This document shows positions 15,001-25,935 of a DNA stretch of 64,000 nucleotides, in pieces (the first letter of the stretch is position 1; each line of letters starts with the position of its first letter). The translations under genes were made by a program, and so were the position numbers. The notes beneath the pieces were generated by a model. It made no database searches, was not told the origin of the DNA, and saw only the letters and a program-made list of their open reading frames with translations. This stretch comes from Octopus sinensis (lineage: Eukaryota). The DNA is taken from the NCBI RefSeq assembly GCF_006345805.1, contig NC_043001.1:1674001-1738000 (forward strand), given 5' to 3'.

Positions 15001-16279
15001 AGAAAATGTGGAAGCAGCTCATAATCCACAGAAACATGAATCTCCAAGGAACAAGTGAATTGGTTAGATTGGAAAATGGCAGAAGGAGAAAGAAGCTTCT
15101 TGAGTGGCAAAAATATTGTAAAACAAAAGAAAGCAGAAAAATCTATATTCTTACATTTGATTCTCGAATTGAAGACAACACACTACAGCCAGCTCACTGC
15201 CGTTAATTTGCTACGGACACAAGAATAAGAAAACTTGCAGTGATATAGGAAAAGGATTTTATTTCAGTAGAATTTTGCATAATAAAACAAATTTTATAAA
15301 GAATTTTCAAGCCTGAAAAAAGTTTTAAAATGTGAAATTCTATGAAAAGTTATTGGCAATTCCGTGACTAAGATATTCAGCAAAGTTTTAATTTTTCACC
15401 TAGATTCTTCCATCTGATTCTTTGGAATTTTAAAAACTTGACTGTAGACTTCATCCTGCAGTCTGCTATTCAATACTGATCTCTTTCAAACCATAAAGAA
15501 ACTTCCTATTCGTAGATTGTTGTAATCCAAGTTCTTTCTGCACTAATTAGCGTGGGTGATTGTTTGTCTAGTTTTTGTCATTTTGTCAACGCAACCTGCA
15601 ATTCAAATAGGGTTGATAAAATATGCCACCGTTTTCGTGTGTGAATAAATGTTGTACATCAGTCATTGCCTCTTCAGCCTCATTATGACTGAACCTCTTG
15701 TCAAAATAACAAGGCGTAGCTATACACTGACATAATGCTACCCTCTAAAAACAAATAGCTCATAAGAAGATTTGGTCACCGACCAGTCAGAACCACGAAT
15801 ATGTCATCCGACAGCGGGTGTCCTTTGTTTAAAAACCAACGTTGTTTATAAATTTTTCGCAATGGGTGGCTTTATTACCATTGATGTGGCGTGCTTGTTT
15901 ATATTGTACTTTAGCGATTTGGAATGTCTTTGGATAAGTGAATAATGACTGAAGCAATCTCTCGAACCTTTAACTTCAATATTTATTGCCAGACATGAAT
16001 TTTGTGCTCGTTATTTACAATGAAAGATACTAATAATACAACTGTCCACTGGGAGGAGAAAAAAGCCGTGCCATGTTTGTAGAAGCTACTTATGGGACAT
16101 CATGGGAATATTCAGAATTGGTCTGTCCGTATCCCCGAAATCGTCTGAATGAAAGTCCAAAGCCATCTGGTCGAAAGCTCGAGGTCGTTTGCCTTCTGAG
16201 TTCGGCGCCAAGCAATTTTTAGAGGGAGAAAAGGGGTTAGTTTCTAGAAGGTCCGAAAAACCATATCACACCAAATCTT

Positions 16280-16535
16280 TACTCTGATTGGTTGATTTAT
16301 AAATCAATCACGTGAAACTGTGCTGTCTCCCACGTGATGCCAAATCGAGTATCCAACGGTTGAATTCGAATCGCTACAAATTAATGTCAATACCGTGATT
16401 ATATATGGTGGATTGACCAAATAGTAGTTACTCTTTAGAATAACGGAACACTTTTTAAGCTGACACTACTCAGCGCCCGATTCAAACACAGACGAAATAC
16501 GCAGAAGAAATATCAGAACATAGGTTCAGGTGAGA
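16280..16535 (+). promoter_or_regulatory. Candidate promoter / first exon
   Basis: ATTGG (CCAAT) at 16287, CACGTG at 16309 and 16331, raised CpG in apparently unique sequence, CAG|GTGAGA donor at 16530. Confidence 0.25.
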
Positions 16536-16607
16536 CATTGCAATGCTGCAAATATCTGAACGGTAGAGGCACAGTTCATTAGAAAGCCGACACAAACAAT
16601 GAGCTGC

Positions 16608-16697
<90 letters not shown>

Positions 16698-17162
16698 TTG
16701 AAAATATATATTTTATTTCTGAGAAATAAAGTTATGTGATCACACGTTCACGACTTTCAATTGGAATCAACAAAGATATCAATCCATCTGATGAAAATTT
16801 ATACAATTCGAAAGAGATCAGAGAAAATCAATAAAAATTATACTGGCAACCAACAAGCTTCCAGTCAAAGTTATTTCCTTATATGTTATCGTTCTATTAT
16901 CCATTTGTTTGTTCACATTTTCATCGATGTGCTTGTTATTAGTTTAACGGCATATTCGCGGTCGCTTATGTCCCTCATAACATCACTCTGACCTATCACC
17001 CATAGTGTAAATAAGTTGCATGAAATATCGATATATCTTTTATAATTCTCCCATATATATATATATATATATATGGGAGAATTCACAACTAAGCAAAAGA
17101 CGGACACAGGTGGTATAGAAAACAAACAGATGTATTAGTATAACTCTCGGGAAGTGAAAAAG

Positions 17163-17200
17163 TCTTTAACGTTTCGAGCCTACGCTCTTCCACAGAAAGA
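17163..17200 (-). ncRNA. Minimal hammerhead-like motif with variant core
   Basis: Minus strand UCUUU-CUGUGGA-A-GAGC-GUAG-GCUC-GAAAC-GUU-AAAGA. Stem I UCUUU/AAAGA, stem II GAGC/GCUC, palindromic ACGU stem III with no loop. A6 is U. Confidence 0.55.
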
Positions 17201-17370
17201 GACAAGGATAGAAAATAAAGAATGTGTAGGAAAAAGCAGAATGTACAATAAAGTTTAGAAAGTATAAAAAACTTACGAAAAGTTCAAAAGGTTCAAAAGC
17301 TTCGAACGTCGTGGTGTATTGGAGCGATTTTTCATCAACAGAGGAGTCCAGTGTAATTCATGGGTAGGAG

Positions 17371-17438
<68 letters not shown>

Positions 17439-17580
17439 TGTATATAAAAAAATCTACATGCACATAGTTGCGAATTTATATTCATGTATATTTCATATAA
17501 AAAAATATATTTATGTGTGTGTGTGTGTGTGTGTATAAGCTGTTTTCTCGTATACGAGCAAAGCCATTGTTAGATAGAAT

Positions 17581-18529
17581 TGTAGCGGTCTCTGATATCC
17601 TCACTGTTTGAGAAACACGGCAGGAATGATCTCGTTTGAGATTACGGCCATCTTTGGCCGAGTTGTTCCTGTTGTAACCACTAACCTGATTGGTTGACAT
17701 GTGGCGCGATTTGTCTCTACTTATTTCGCGCCACTGGCCAAAGCTAACCAATCAAGGCCTTTGGTTAAAGTCCCATTTCTTAAGCTCGTTTGAGCTACCT
17801 TACTTGTATATAAGGGAGTGGATCTCTTCACCAAGTGTCTTTGGTTTCCAGTCCTTGAAGGACTGAACCTCTGATCACAGAGCCACTCAACATGTTCCAG
17901 TCACAGACGACAGACGATCAGCCACGACGACGCTAATGTGCACCCGCAACAGAAAGCCTACTATCTGCGCTACCGTCGCCATCATCATCGTCCACTTCAG
18001 ACATGTACACACCAACATCACAGAACCACGCTGTTAGAGTGAACGCCTTCACCAAGTAGAAACAGTTCATCTGAAGAAATCTATATCCGAAGAACCAGCT
18101 CGCCGATTTGAGACCACGACCGCAGCTCGACAATAATTCGCCCGACCGGCCTCAGCCCGAGACACAACATCTTGATATCGAACTCTTACACTTCGTGTAC
18201 CTCAGAACAGTAAATCAATCTCCATTATGATTTCTATGCTCTGTACCTTTCTATGCCACACGCTGTCACCCTTATTGTATCTGTCCCACACACGAACACA
18301 CAGACACAAACACGTGTTGCATGCACACACACGCACTTGCTAGCACTCACAACCTTCTAACCTTAAAACCAATTGTAAATAAAATCTTATCTTCTCTCAA
18401 ACAGTGGAACGGCCTTGTAGTCAATTCATCTTTATTCTGTTGGCACTGCATTGTATTAATTGTATTAATGGCTTATCTTATTTCGCTAGGAATGCGACCG
18501 TGTGACTTACCTATGTCACCAACCCTACA
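17581..18529 (+). mobile_element. Solo LTR, 949 bp (Ty3/Gypsy-like by 4-bp TSD)
   Basis: TGTAG...CTACA termini. TSD GAAT at 17577-17580 and 18530-18533. TATA-like TATATAAGGG near 17807 and AATAAA at 18378. Locally CpG-rich. Confidence 0.85.
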
Positions 18530-18801
18530 GAATCATTGAAATGAGTTTTGATGATGCAGTGTGAGGCGTCTGTATGACTCTTGAACCCAGCCAAAGATGT
18601 GCACATTCTATTGCATAATGCATAACCGTGCTGGCTGGCAGAAGGAACAGGTGCCACAGAATGAAGTCGTTTGACATGCCTTCTCAATTCTGCAACTGAA
18701 AGGTGCTCCTTTCCACAGATTGCACATGTTCGGTTGTCAACAATAGCCATATCACAATTTACACGGGGTTGATTCCTATAAGTTCTCAAGCATTTCCTCA
18801 C
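18530..18801 (-). pseudogene. LINE (probably RTE clade) ORF C-terminus with two C2H2-like zinc fingers; continues at 17580-17535 beyond the LTR
   Basis: CAICGKEHLSVAELRRHVKRLH fits C-x2-C-x12-H-x4-H, followed by degenerate YALCNRMCTSLAGFKSH. Removing the LTR restores ...HFNDSI*. Confidence 0.55.
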
Positions 18802-18804
18802 ACA

Positions 18805-18900
18805 CAGCGGGGTGGCGTCATTTGAAGGCTAAAACAATGCGAAGTGCATTGTGACCAGCGATGTGTAACAACATCTGATAGCCTGGTTGGTCACGGTGAT
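18805..18900 (+). mobile_element. 5'-truncated tail of the 21.7-kb SINE type
   Basis: CAGCGGGGTGGCGTCATTTGAAGGCTAAAAC...CTGATAGCCTGG matches the reverse complement of 21710-21800. Confidence 0.75.
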
Positions 18901-19081
18901 ATATATATATATATATATATATATTGGCAGGGCTGGCCTGCTAGGTAGCCGGCCAGAATGCTAGAAGAAGATCATCAACGATCAAACTACAAGGGAAATT
19001 CTCTAGAGGAAGAATTCAGCGAACACCAGAACCAACTTTGGCGGGCAGGACATATGAAAAATTAAATAAATAACAGACTTA

Positions 19082-19157
19082 AATGCATACCTCGGTTTCG
19101 GTCTTAACAAAAGAATTACTTGCATAATTCAAGTGTCCGTGACTTCTTCAGTACATT
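19082..19157 (-). ncRNA. Type I hammerhead ribozyme, copy 1
   Basis: Minus strand reads AAUGUA-CUGAAGA-A-GUC...GAC-C-GAAA-CC-GA-GG-UA-UGCAUU. Stem I AAUGUA/UGCAUU (6 bp, one U.G). Full core CUGANGA...GAAA...GUA. Stem II closed by GUC/GAC with an inner ACUUG/CAAGU hairpin. Confidence 0.8.
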
Positions 19158-19627
19158 CGGTCCTCGTGATGCAAACCGCAAGACTAACCCCAGCTCTCTG
19201 TGTCAAGACAGACACGTGCTTAGTCTTACTGATTACATCGGGAATAAAATTTCAAATGTCTTGGTTCTGGCGCGCTGAGAGACTCCTGAAGCGAAGGACT
19301 GCAGTGAATAATTCACTGCGGATAGTGCTTACAACTAGGGAACGTATTTATTTAAATATTTAAAAATTGAGGGAGATAAATTAATATTAATTTTAATATC
19401 AATTTAAAACCAGTAGTCCAGCATTCAAAAAATCTGAGGAGTCAGAGAAAATTCAAATATATGTGTATATTGACAGGGCTGGCCGGCTACCTAGCAGGCC
19501 AGAATGCTAGAAGAAGATCATCAACGATCAAACTACAAGGGAAATTCTCTAGAGAAAGAATTCAGCGAACACCAGAACCAACTTTGGCGGGCAGGACATA
19601 TGAAAAATTAAATAAATAACAGACTTA

Positions 19628-19703
19628 AATGCATACCTCGGTTTCGGTCTTAACAAAAGAATTACTTGCATAATTCAAGTGTCCGTGACTTCTTCAGTAC
19701 ATT
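19628..19703 (-). ncRNA. Type I hammerhead ribozyme, copy 2
   Basis: Same motif as 19082-19157, offset by 546 bp. Confidence 0.8.
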
Positions 19704-20160
19704 CGGTCCTCGTGATGCAAACTGAAAGACTAAACCCAGCTCTCTGTGTCAAGACAGACACGTGCTTAGTCTTACTGATTACATCGGGAATAAAATTTCA
19801 AATGTCTTGGTTCTGGCGCGCTGAGAGACTCCTGAAGCGAAGGACTGCAGTGAATAATTCACTGCGGATAGTGCTTACAACTAGGGAACGTATTTATTTA
19901 AATATTTAAAAATTGAGGGAGATAAATTAATATTAATTTTAATATCAATTTAAAACCAGTAGTCCAGCATTCAAAAAATCTGAGGAGACAGAGAAAATTC
20001 AATATATGTGTATATTGGCAGGGCTGGCCGGCTACCTAGCAGGCCAGCCCTGCCAATATACACATATATTTGAATTTTCTCTGACTCCTCAGATTTTTTG
20101 AATGCTGGACTATTGGTTTTAATTGATATTAAAATTAATATTAATTTATCTCCCTCAATT

Positions 20161-20227
<67 letters not shown>

Positions 20228-20231
20228 ATAT

Positions 20232-20508
20232 ATTATATAAAAGGGCTTAGTAAAATAAATTACTTTGCCGCATACTGAACTCATTAGAAATAGCAGCTAA
20301 AAAACTTTTTTAAGGCTATTTCTAATACTTAAAGAAAATCTCTCTCATATATAGTGTTTGCATAATTTAACTCACAAAACAAACACTATATATGAGAGAG
20401 ATTTTCTTTAAGTATTAGAAATAGCCTTAAAAAAGTTTTTTAGCTGCTATTTCTAATGAGTTCAGTATGCGGCAAAGTAATTTATTTTACTAAGCCCTTT
20501 TATATAAT
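20232..20508. repeat. Perfect fold-back: 129-bp arms, 19-bp spacer
   Basis: 20232-20360 is the reverse complement of 20380-20508. Confidence 0.95.
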
Positions 20509-20601
20509 GTAATAATTTGAATTCGCCTTGAATGGTCCCTTTGCATACTGAACACTTGGTGAAATTGATTAATAATTAATTAATTTTGCCCTCAATTGTT
20601 G

Positions 20602-20654
<53 letters not shown>

Positions 20655-20692
20655 TATTATATATTATATATATATTATATATATATTTATAT

Positions 20693-20726
<34 letters not shown>

Positions 20727-21211
20727 CTATATAAATATATATAATATATATATATTGCATTGATACTATTAGTTACGCAAACTTTGCAAAAATTCTGAAA
20801 ATCTGACCACAAACAAGCATTTCTTTTATCTTTGATAATAGAAATTTCTAAATAAATTATTTCAAACTGACTGGCTTTTGTTTATCTTATTTCTCTATGA
20901 AGTATATAGATTATTTCTCAAGCAACATCTCTCTCTATCGATATATATATATATATATATGCATATATGGGTACCGGACGTCACCAACAATGCAAATAAC
21001 ATGAAATACGTAAACAAACGAGTGAAATCTTAGAAAATTATGGGAACAACTGTCTTTGAAGACTCATATTGTCGTTGATTGCTCGAAATGAGGAACTGAT
21101 CGACAGCCGACAACTGATGAAGGGTTTTTTTCTGTGTTTGCTTCTCCTGTTTACCATTTTTCTCATTGTTTACGTATTTCATGTTATTTGCACTGTACTC
21201 ATATATGCATG

Positions 21212-21250
<39 letters not shown>

Positions 21251-21288
21251 ATTGACTGAATCCTACTGACTCTGTAACACACACATAT

Positions 21289-21325
<37 letters not shown>

Positions 21326-21699
21326 TGTGTGTTACAGAGTCAGTAGCATTCAGTCAATACACATTTGAAGCAAAGAGCATCTCCTCAACACGCACACACC
21401 AACTTGAAAAGGAAATGAAAAAGGTAGAAAATTCACGTTTGTTGTTAGTTGTAAACCGAAAGATCGTAATATCAGTAAAATGGGAATTAAAGAAGGTATT
21501 CTGATTTATAAAACATTACAAAAGCCAACAATTAGTAAATGGTTTGAATGAGAATACCATATCACACAATACTTGACCTAATTCTTCCTCGCACATATGC
21601 TCCCCCATGCCTCAATAGCTAGACTGTAGAACCGGTCAAAACTCTACATTCCTATATCTTTAAAGTCGTGATATATTTAATGCCACACGCACATTTAAT

Positions 21700-22005
21700 C
21701 ACGTGATCACGTGACCGACCAGGCTATCAGATGTTGCTACACATCGCTGGTCACAATGCGCTTCACACTGTTTTAGCCTTCAAATTACGCCACCCCGCTG
21801 GCTAAGCGAGCAGGCCAACAGAAGAAAGACTGAGAGAAAGTTGTGGCGAAAGAGTACAGCAGGGATCGCCACCACCCCATGCCGGAGCCTCGTGGATCTT
21901 TAGGCGTTTTCGCTCAATAAACATTCACAATGTCCGGTCTGGGAATCGAAACCGCGATCTTACGACCGCGAGTCCGATGCCTTAACAACGGGGCCATTGC
22001 GCCTC
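21700..22005 (-). mobile_element. tRNA-derived SINE with the 9.8-kb head but a different tail; 14-bp TSD
   Basis: TSD CACGCACATTTAAT at 21686-21699 and 22006-22019. Confidence 0.85.
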
Positions 22006-22620
22006 CACGCACATTTAATACTCCAACAAAATGGACACGTAATATACATATCTCGTAATTTAAAACTATTGAAGAGGTGTTTTTAACTCAAAATATCAGT
22101 ATTAAATATTTATATATAACTAAGGTAACATTTGAATAACTTTGATACTGTTGGTCTTGTTAATGTTCTGACTGCCACACGCGCGCGCGCACATTCATAC
22201 GTGAATATACACATTGGTATTCCTTCTGTGTTGACAGTGAGCAATTGTAATTAATGCTAGCTGGTTAACTAAAGCTGTATATCATCGATATTGTCAGAGG
22301 TTATTAATTATGAAGCTAGTACTGACAATTAGTTTCAAAATTAATTGCAGAACATATCATATTCCCATCCAAGTTTATAAATTCAAATATTTGTTAATAA
22401 GCTAATGATAAAAAGTCAATATATTATTAGCGTTTAGTTTTGCATACGTACAAACACAAATGCAGTCATACGTGCGTGTGTATGCCATCGTTCGGTTTTA
22501 TTTCAAGACCACATGCCAACAGAGAAAGAGCCAGTTTCTAACGCAGATCCAAGGCTCCTTCATTGGATTTCAGCATCTATGACAGGGTCTTTTTGATTGT
22601 TTGCATGTATGTATGTATGT

Positions 22621-23168
22621 CAGGTCACTTTCGAGTGCTACTGGTAACATGTAATCCAGTACAACCTGTTGCATGGTCGGGTCGTCGTCGACTAAACCGG
22701 CAACCCCACCAAGCTTGCTTGGTGAGGAGGGTGTTTATTGGTCACCCTGCGAGATGAAAAACAAAACCCGTTAAATGGCGGAGGAACTCTTGAGAGTCAA
22801 CAGCCATCTAATAAATGTCTTAAGGATGTATCATGGCGGGGACATAGAAATAATCGGACTGAATACCCGATCACGCAGTTAAACCATTGGGAGTGAAGGA
22901 CTCCTAGCCTTTGTTAGGGCATCCTTCTAGGAGAAGGTAGCTCAGGTAACTGGGATAACTCCGATATAAAAAATCTGCGGCTCAGTGGTTACCGATGATG
23001 TTGACTTGTTCTTTTCGGATTATGGCTGCTGTTGCTTAGTGAGTGGGATTGACTCAGTGCACAGCCTTTCCTCACTTTAAAAAAATCTTCTTGCACAGGC
23101 ATTGCACGATAACAACATTGATTAAGCTCCATGCAATGGCCATACTCGATAATGTGGGTGCAGCCACC
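22621..23168. mobile_element. Hairpin-rich, CpG-rich insert bounded by (TATG)n; RTE 5'-UTR-like
   Basis: Several short stems are visible. TTAGGGCATCCTTCTAGGAGAAGG resembles RTE 5' UTRs from memory (unverified). Confidence 0.35.
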
Positions 23169-23667
23169 ATGCATGTATGTATGTATGTATGTATGTATGT
23201 ATGTATGTATTTATGTATGTATGTTATTAATCAGTTTATTTCAAGATTTCTTGCCAATAGAGAAAGAATCGGTTTCTCACCTAGATCCAAGGTTCCTTCA
23301 CTGGAATTTCAACATGAACAACAGGATGTTTTTGTATGTATGTATGTATGTATGTATGTATGTATGTATGTATGTATGTATGTATGTATGTACGCATGCA
23401 TGTATGTTTTATATCAATAGCCATCTCCGCTACCATTCTCTTATAAAACTTCGATACGTTCGCGTTTATCTCTGGATATTTACACTATTTTATACAACTG
23501 AGGCTATAACCATACATGGATTTACAGGGGGTCTCACTTATGGACTAACATCTACACTATCAGAAAGTTGAACTGTGAAGTTTTATGCTTCTTTTTCTTC
23601 ATTTCCTTTTCTCCTGCCCCCTACGTCATCATTTGAATAAGCTATACCCTTCACACTTTCCCTATTT

Positions 23668-23712
23668 GTCTCCGATGATGGAATATCCCATACTATGGGA
23701 TATCTCAGAAAC
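23668..23712 (+). ncRNA. Degenerate hammerhead 5' part (stem III and 3' strand deleted)
   Basis: GTCT-CCGATGA-TGGAATATCCCATACTATGGGATATCTCA-GAAAC. Downstream sequence is shared with the 25.6-kb copy. Confidence 0.5.
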
Positions 23713-24202
23713 AATAATAACGTACATAACTTGAGATGTTTGTCTTGCCTTAAAATTTGTTGTCCTCTTTAACAATTATATATATATACATGCATATTCT
23801 TTTATTTTTTTATTTGTTTCAGTCATTTGACTGTGGCCATGCTGGAGCACCACCTTTTTAGTCGAATAAACCGATCTAAGTACTTATCCCTTGTAAGCCT
23901 AGTACTTATTCTATCGGCCTCTTTTGTTGAACCGCTAAGTTGTGGGGACGTAAGCATGTCAACACCGGTTGTCAAGCGATAACGGTGGAAATAAACATAG
24001 ACACACAAACATACGCTCACACACACACACATACACACACACGCGCACACACACACACACACTCACATATACACCATTCTGCTTATATAATGGAACTGCA
24101 AATACAACATCTTAATGTATCACGGCTGTTTTCATGACTCCACTTCACTCTGCAGTTCATGTCTTCCTTATAATAACTATAACTTAAATATTTTCTCACA
24201 CC

Positions 24203-24249
24203 GTCTCCGTGAACGGATATACAAAATATCCTGGAAACAGCTGTAAGAC
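24203..24249 (+). ncRNA. Degenerate hammerhead, same family as 28062 (core mutated)
   Basis: GTCT-CCGTGA-AC-GGATAT-acaaa-ATATCC-TG-GAAAC-AGCT-GTA-AGAC. Confidence 0.6.
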
Positions 24250-24597
24250 CTCTTTATAAATGTTCGGAAAACTATTCACAGGCTTGGATTTTTATCTCAT
24301 TCTGTTAATTTATATATATATATATATATAAATGCATATATATATATACATGCATATATACAGATATACATACATACATACACACTCATATCTATATCTA
24401 TATATATATATACATACATATATACATATATACGATGGGCTTCTTTCAGTTTCCGTCTGCCAGATCAACTCAAAAGGTTTTGGTCAGCCTGAGGCTATAC
24501 CAGAAGATACTTGCAAGGTGCCACACAGTTGGACTGAATCCAGAACCATGTGGTTGGTAAGCAAGCTACTTACTACACATCCACTCCTATGTATATC

Positions 24598-25070
<473 letters not shown>

Positions 25071-25080
25071 TATACATTGC

Positions 25081-25487
25081 CAGAGCAGCTGACTGGCTTC
25101 CATGCCAGTGGCACATAAAAAGCACCATTCAAGTGTGATTGTTACCAGCGTCGCCTTACTGGCACTTATGCTGGTGGCACATGAAAAAACATTTGAGCGA
25201 GGTCGTTGCCAGTGGCACTGCACTGGCTCCTGTGCAGGTGGCACATAAAAAACACCATTTGAGCATGGCCGTTGCCAGTACCGTCTGACTGGCCTTCGTG
25301 CTGGTGGCATGTAAAAGCACCCACTACACTCTTGGAGTGGTTGGCGTTAGGAAGGGCATCCAGCTGTAGAAACTCTGCCACATCAAGATTGGAGCCTGGT
25401 GCAGCCATCTGGTTTGCCAGTCCTCAGTCAAACCGTCCAACCCATGCTAGCATGAAAAGCGGACGTTAAACGATGATGATGATGATC
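25081..25487 (+). mobile_element. RTE 3'-UTR-only copy
   Basis: Same 3' end as the 31-kb RTE with a (GAT)n tail and repeated GTGGCACRTAAAAAGCAC modules. Confidence 0.75.
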
Positions 25488-25634
25488 AGTTTCTATCTGA
25501 GCTCCTCAGCAAGCACTCTCTTCCTGATGACCTTCCATACAACTCAAAATCTGTATACACTCATACATACACACTCCAGCACACACACACACACATACAT
25601 ACATACACACATACATACATATATACATATATAC

Positions 25635-25658
25635 ATATCTCAGAAACAGCTGTAAGAC
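25635..25658 (+). ncRNA. Hammerhead 3' half (5' part replaced by microsatellite)
   Basis: ATATCTCA-GAAAC-AGCT-GTA-AGAC. Confidence 0.5.
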
Positions 25659-25890
25659 ATTGAAGTTTTCCAATAATAATAACGTACATAACTTGAGATG
25701 TTTGTCTTGCCTTAGCTTTTGTTGTCCTCTTTAACAATTATATATCAGCTATATTAGAAATCTACAACGGTTTTTTAACTCCTGTCTTAGCCATGGCCTT
25801 GGAACCCTTGTAATCTATTACAGCACTTACCCAGCATACCTAGTTGTTTAGATCACCTGTGAACTAAAACCTTATTTTGTATGTGTGCAT

Positions 25891-25930
<40 letters not shown>

Positions 25931-25935
<5 letters not shown>

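Larger units (their letters stand above)
18922..20161 (-). mobile_element. Hammerhead-containing tandem repeat (two ~546-bp units plus terminal fold-back); retrozyme-like / PLE pLTR-like element
   Basis: Near-identical units offset by 546 bp (ORF track 19133 vs 19679). One hammerhead motif per unit on the minus strand. Inverted arm 19911-20160. (AT)n on both flanks. No credible ORF. Confidence 0.8.

Noticed and set aside
16788-16825. CTGATGA...GAAA hammerhead-like string
   Set aside because: Stem I and stem III do not pair
19133-19909. Duplicated 76-aa ORFs in the tandem repeat
   Set aside because: GTG start, no domain, antisense to the ribozymes; the similarity only reflects the duplication
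18922-20161. Endogenous parvovirus terminus or CRISPR-like array
   Set aside because: No NS/VP coding sequence, and no repeat-spacer structure in a eukaryotic context
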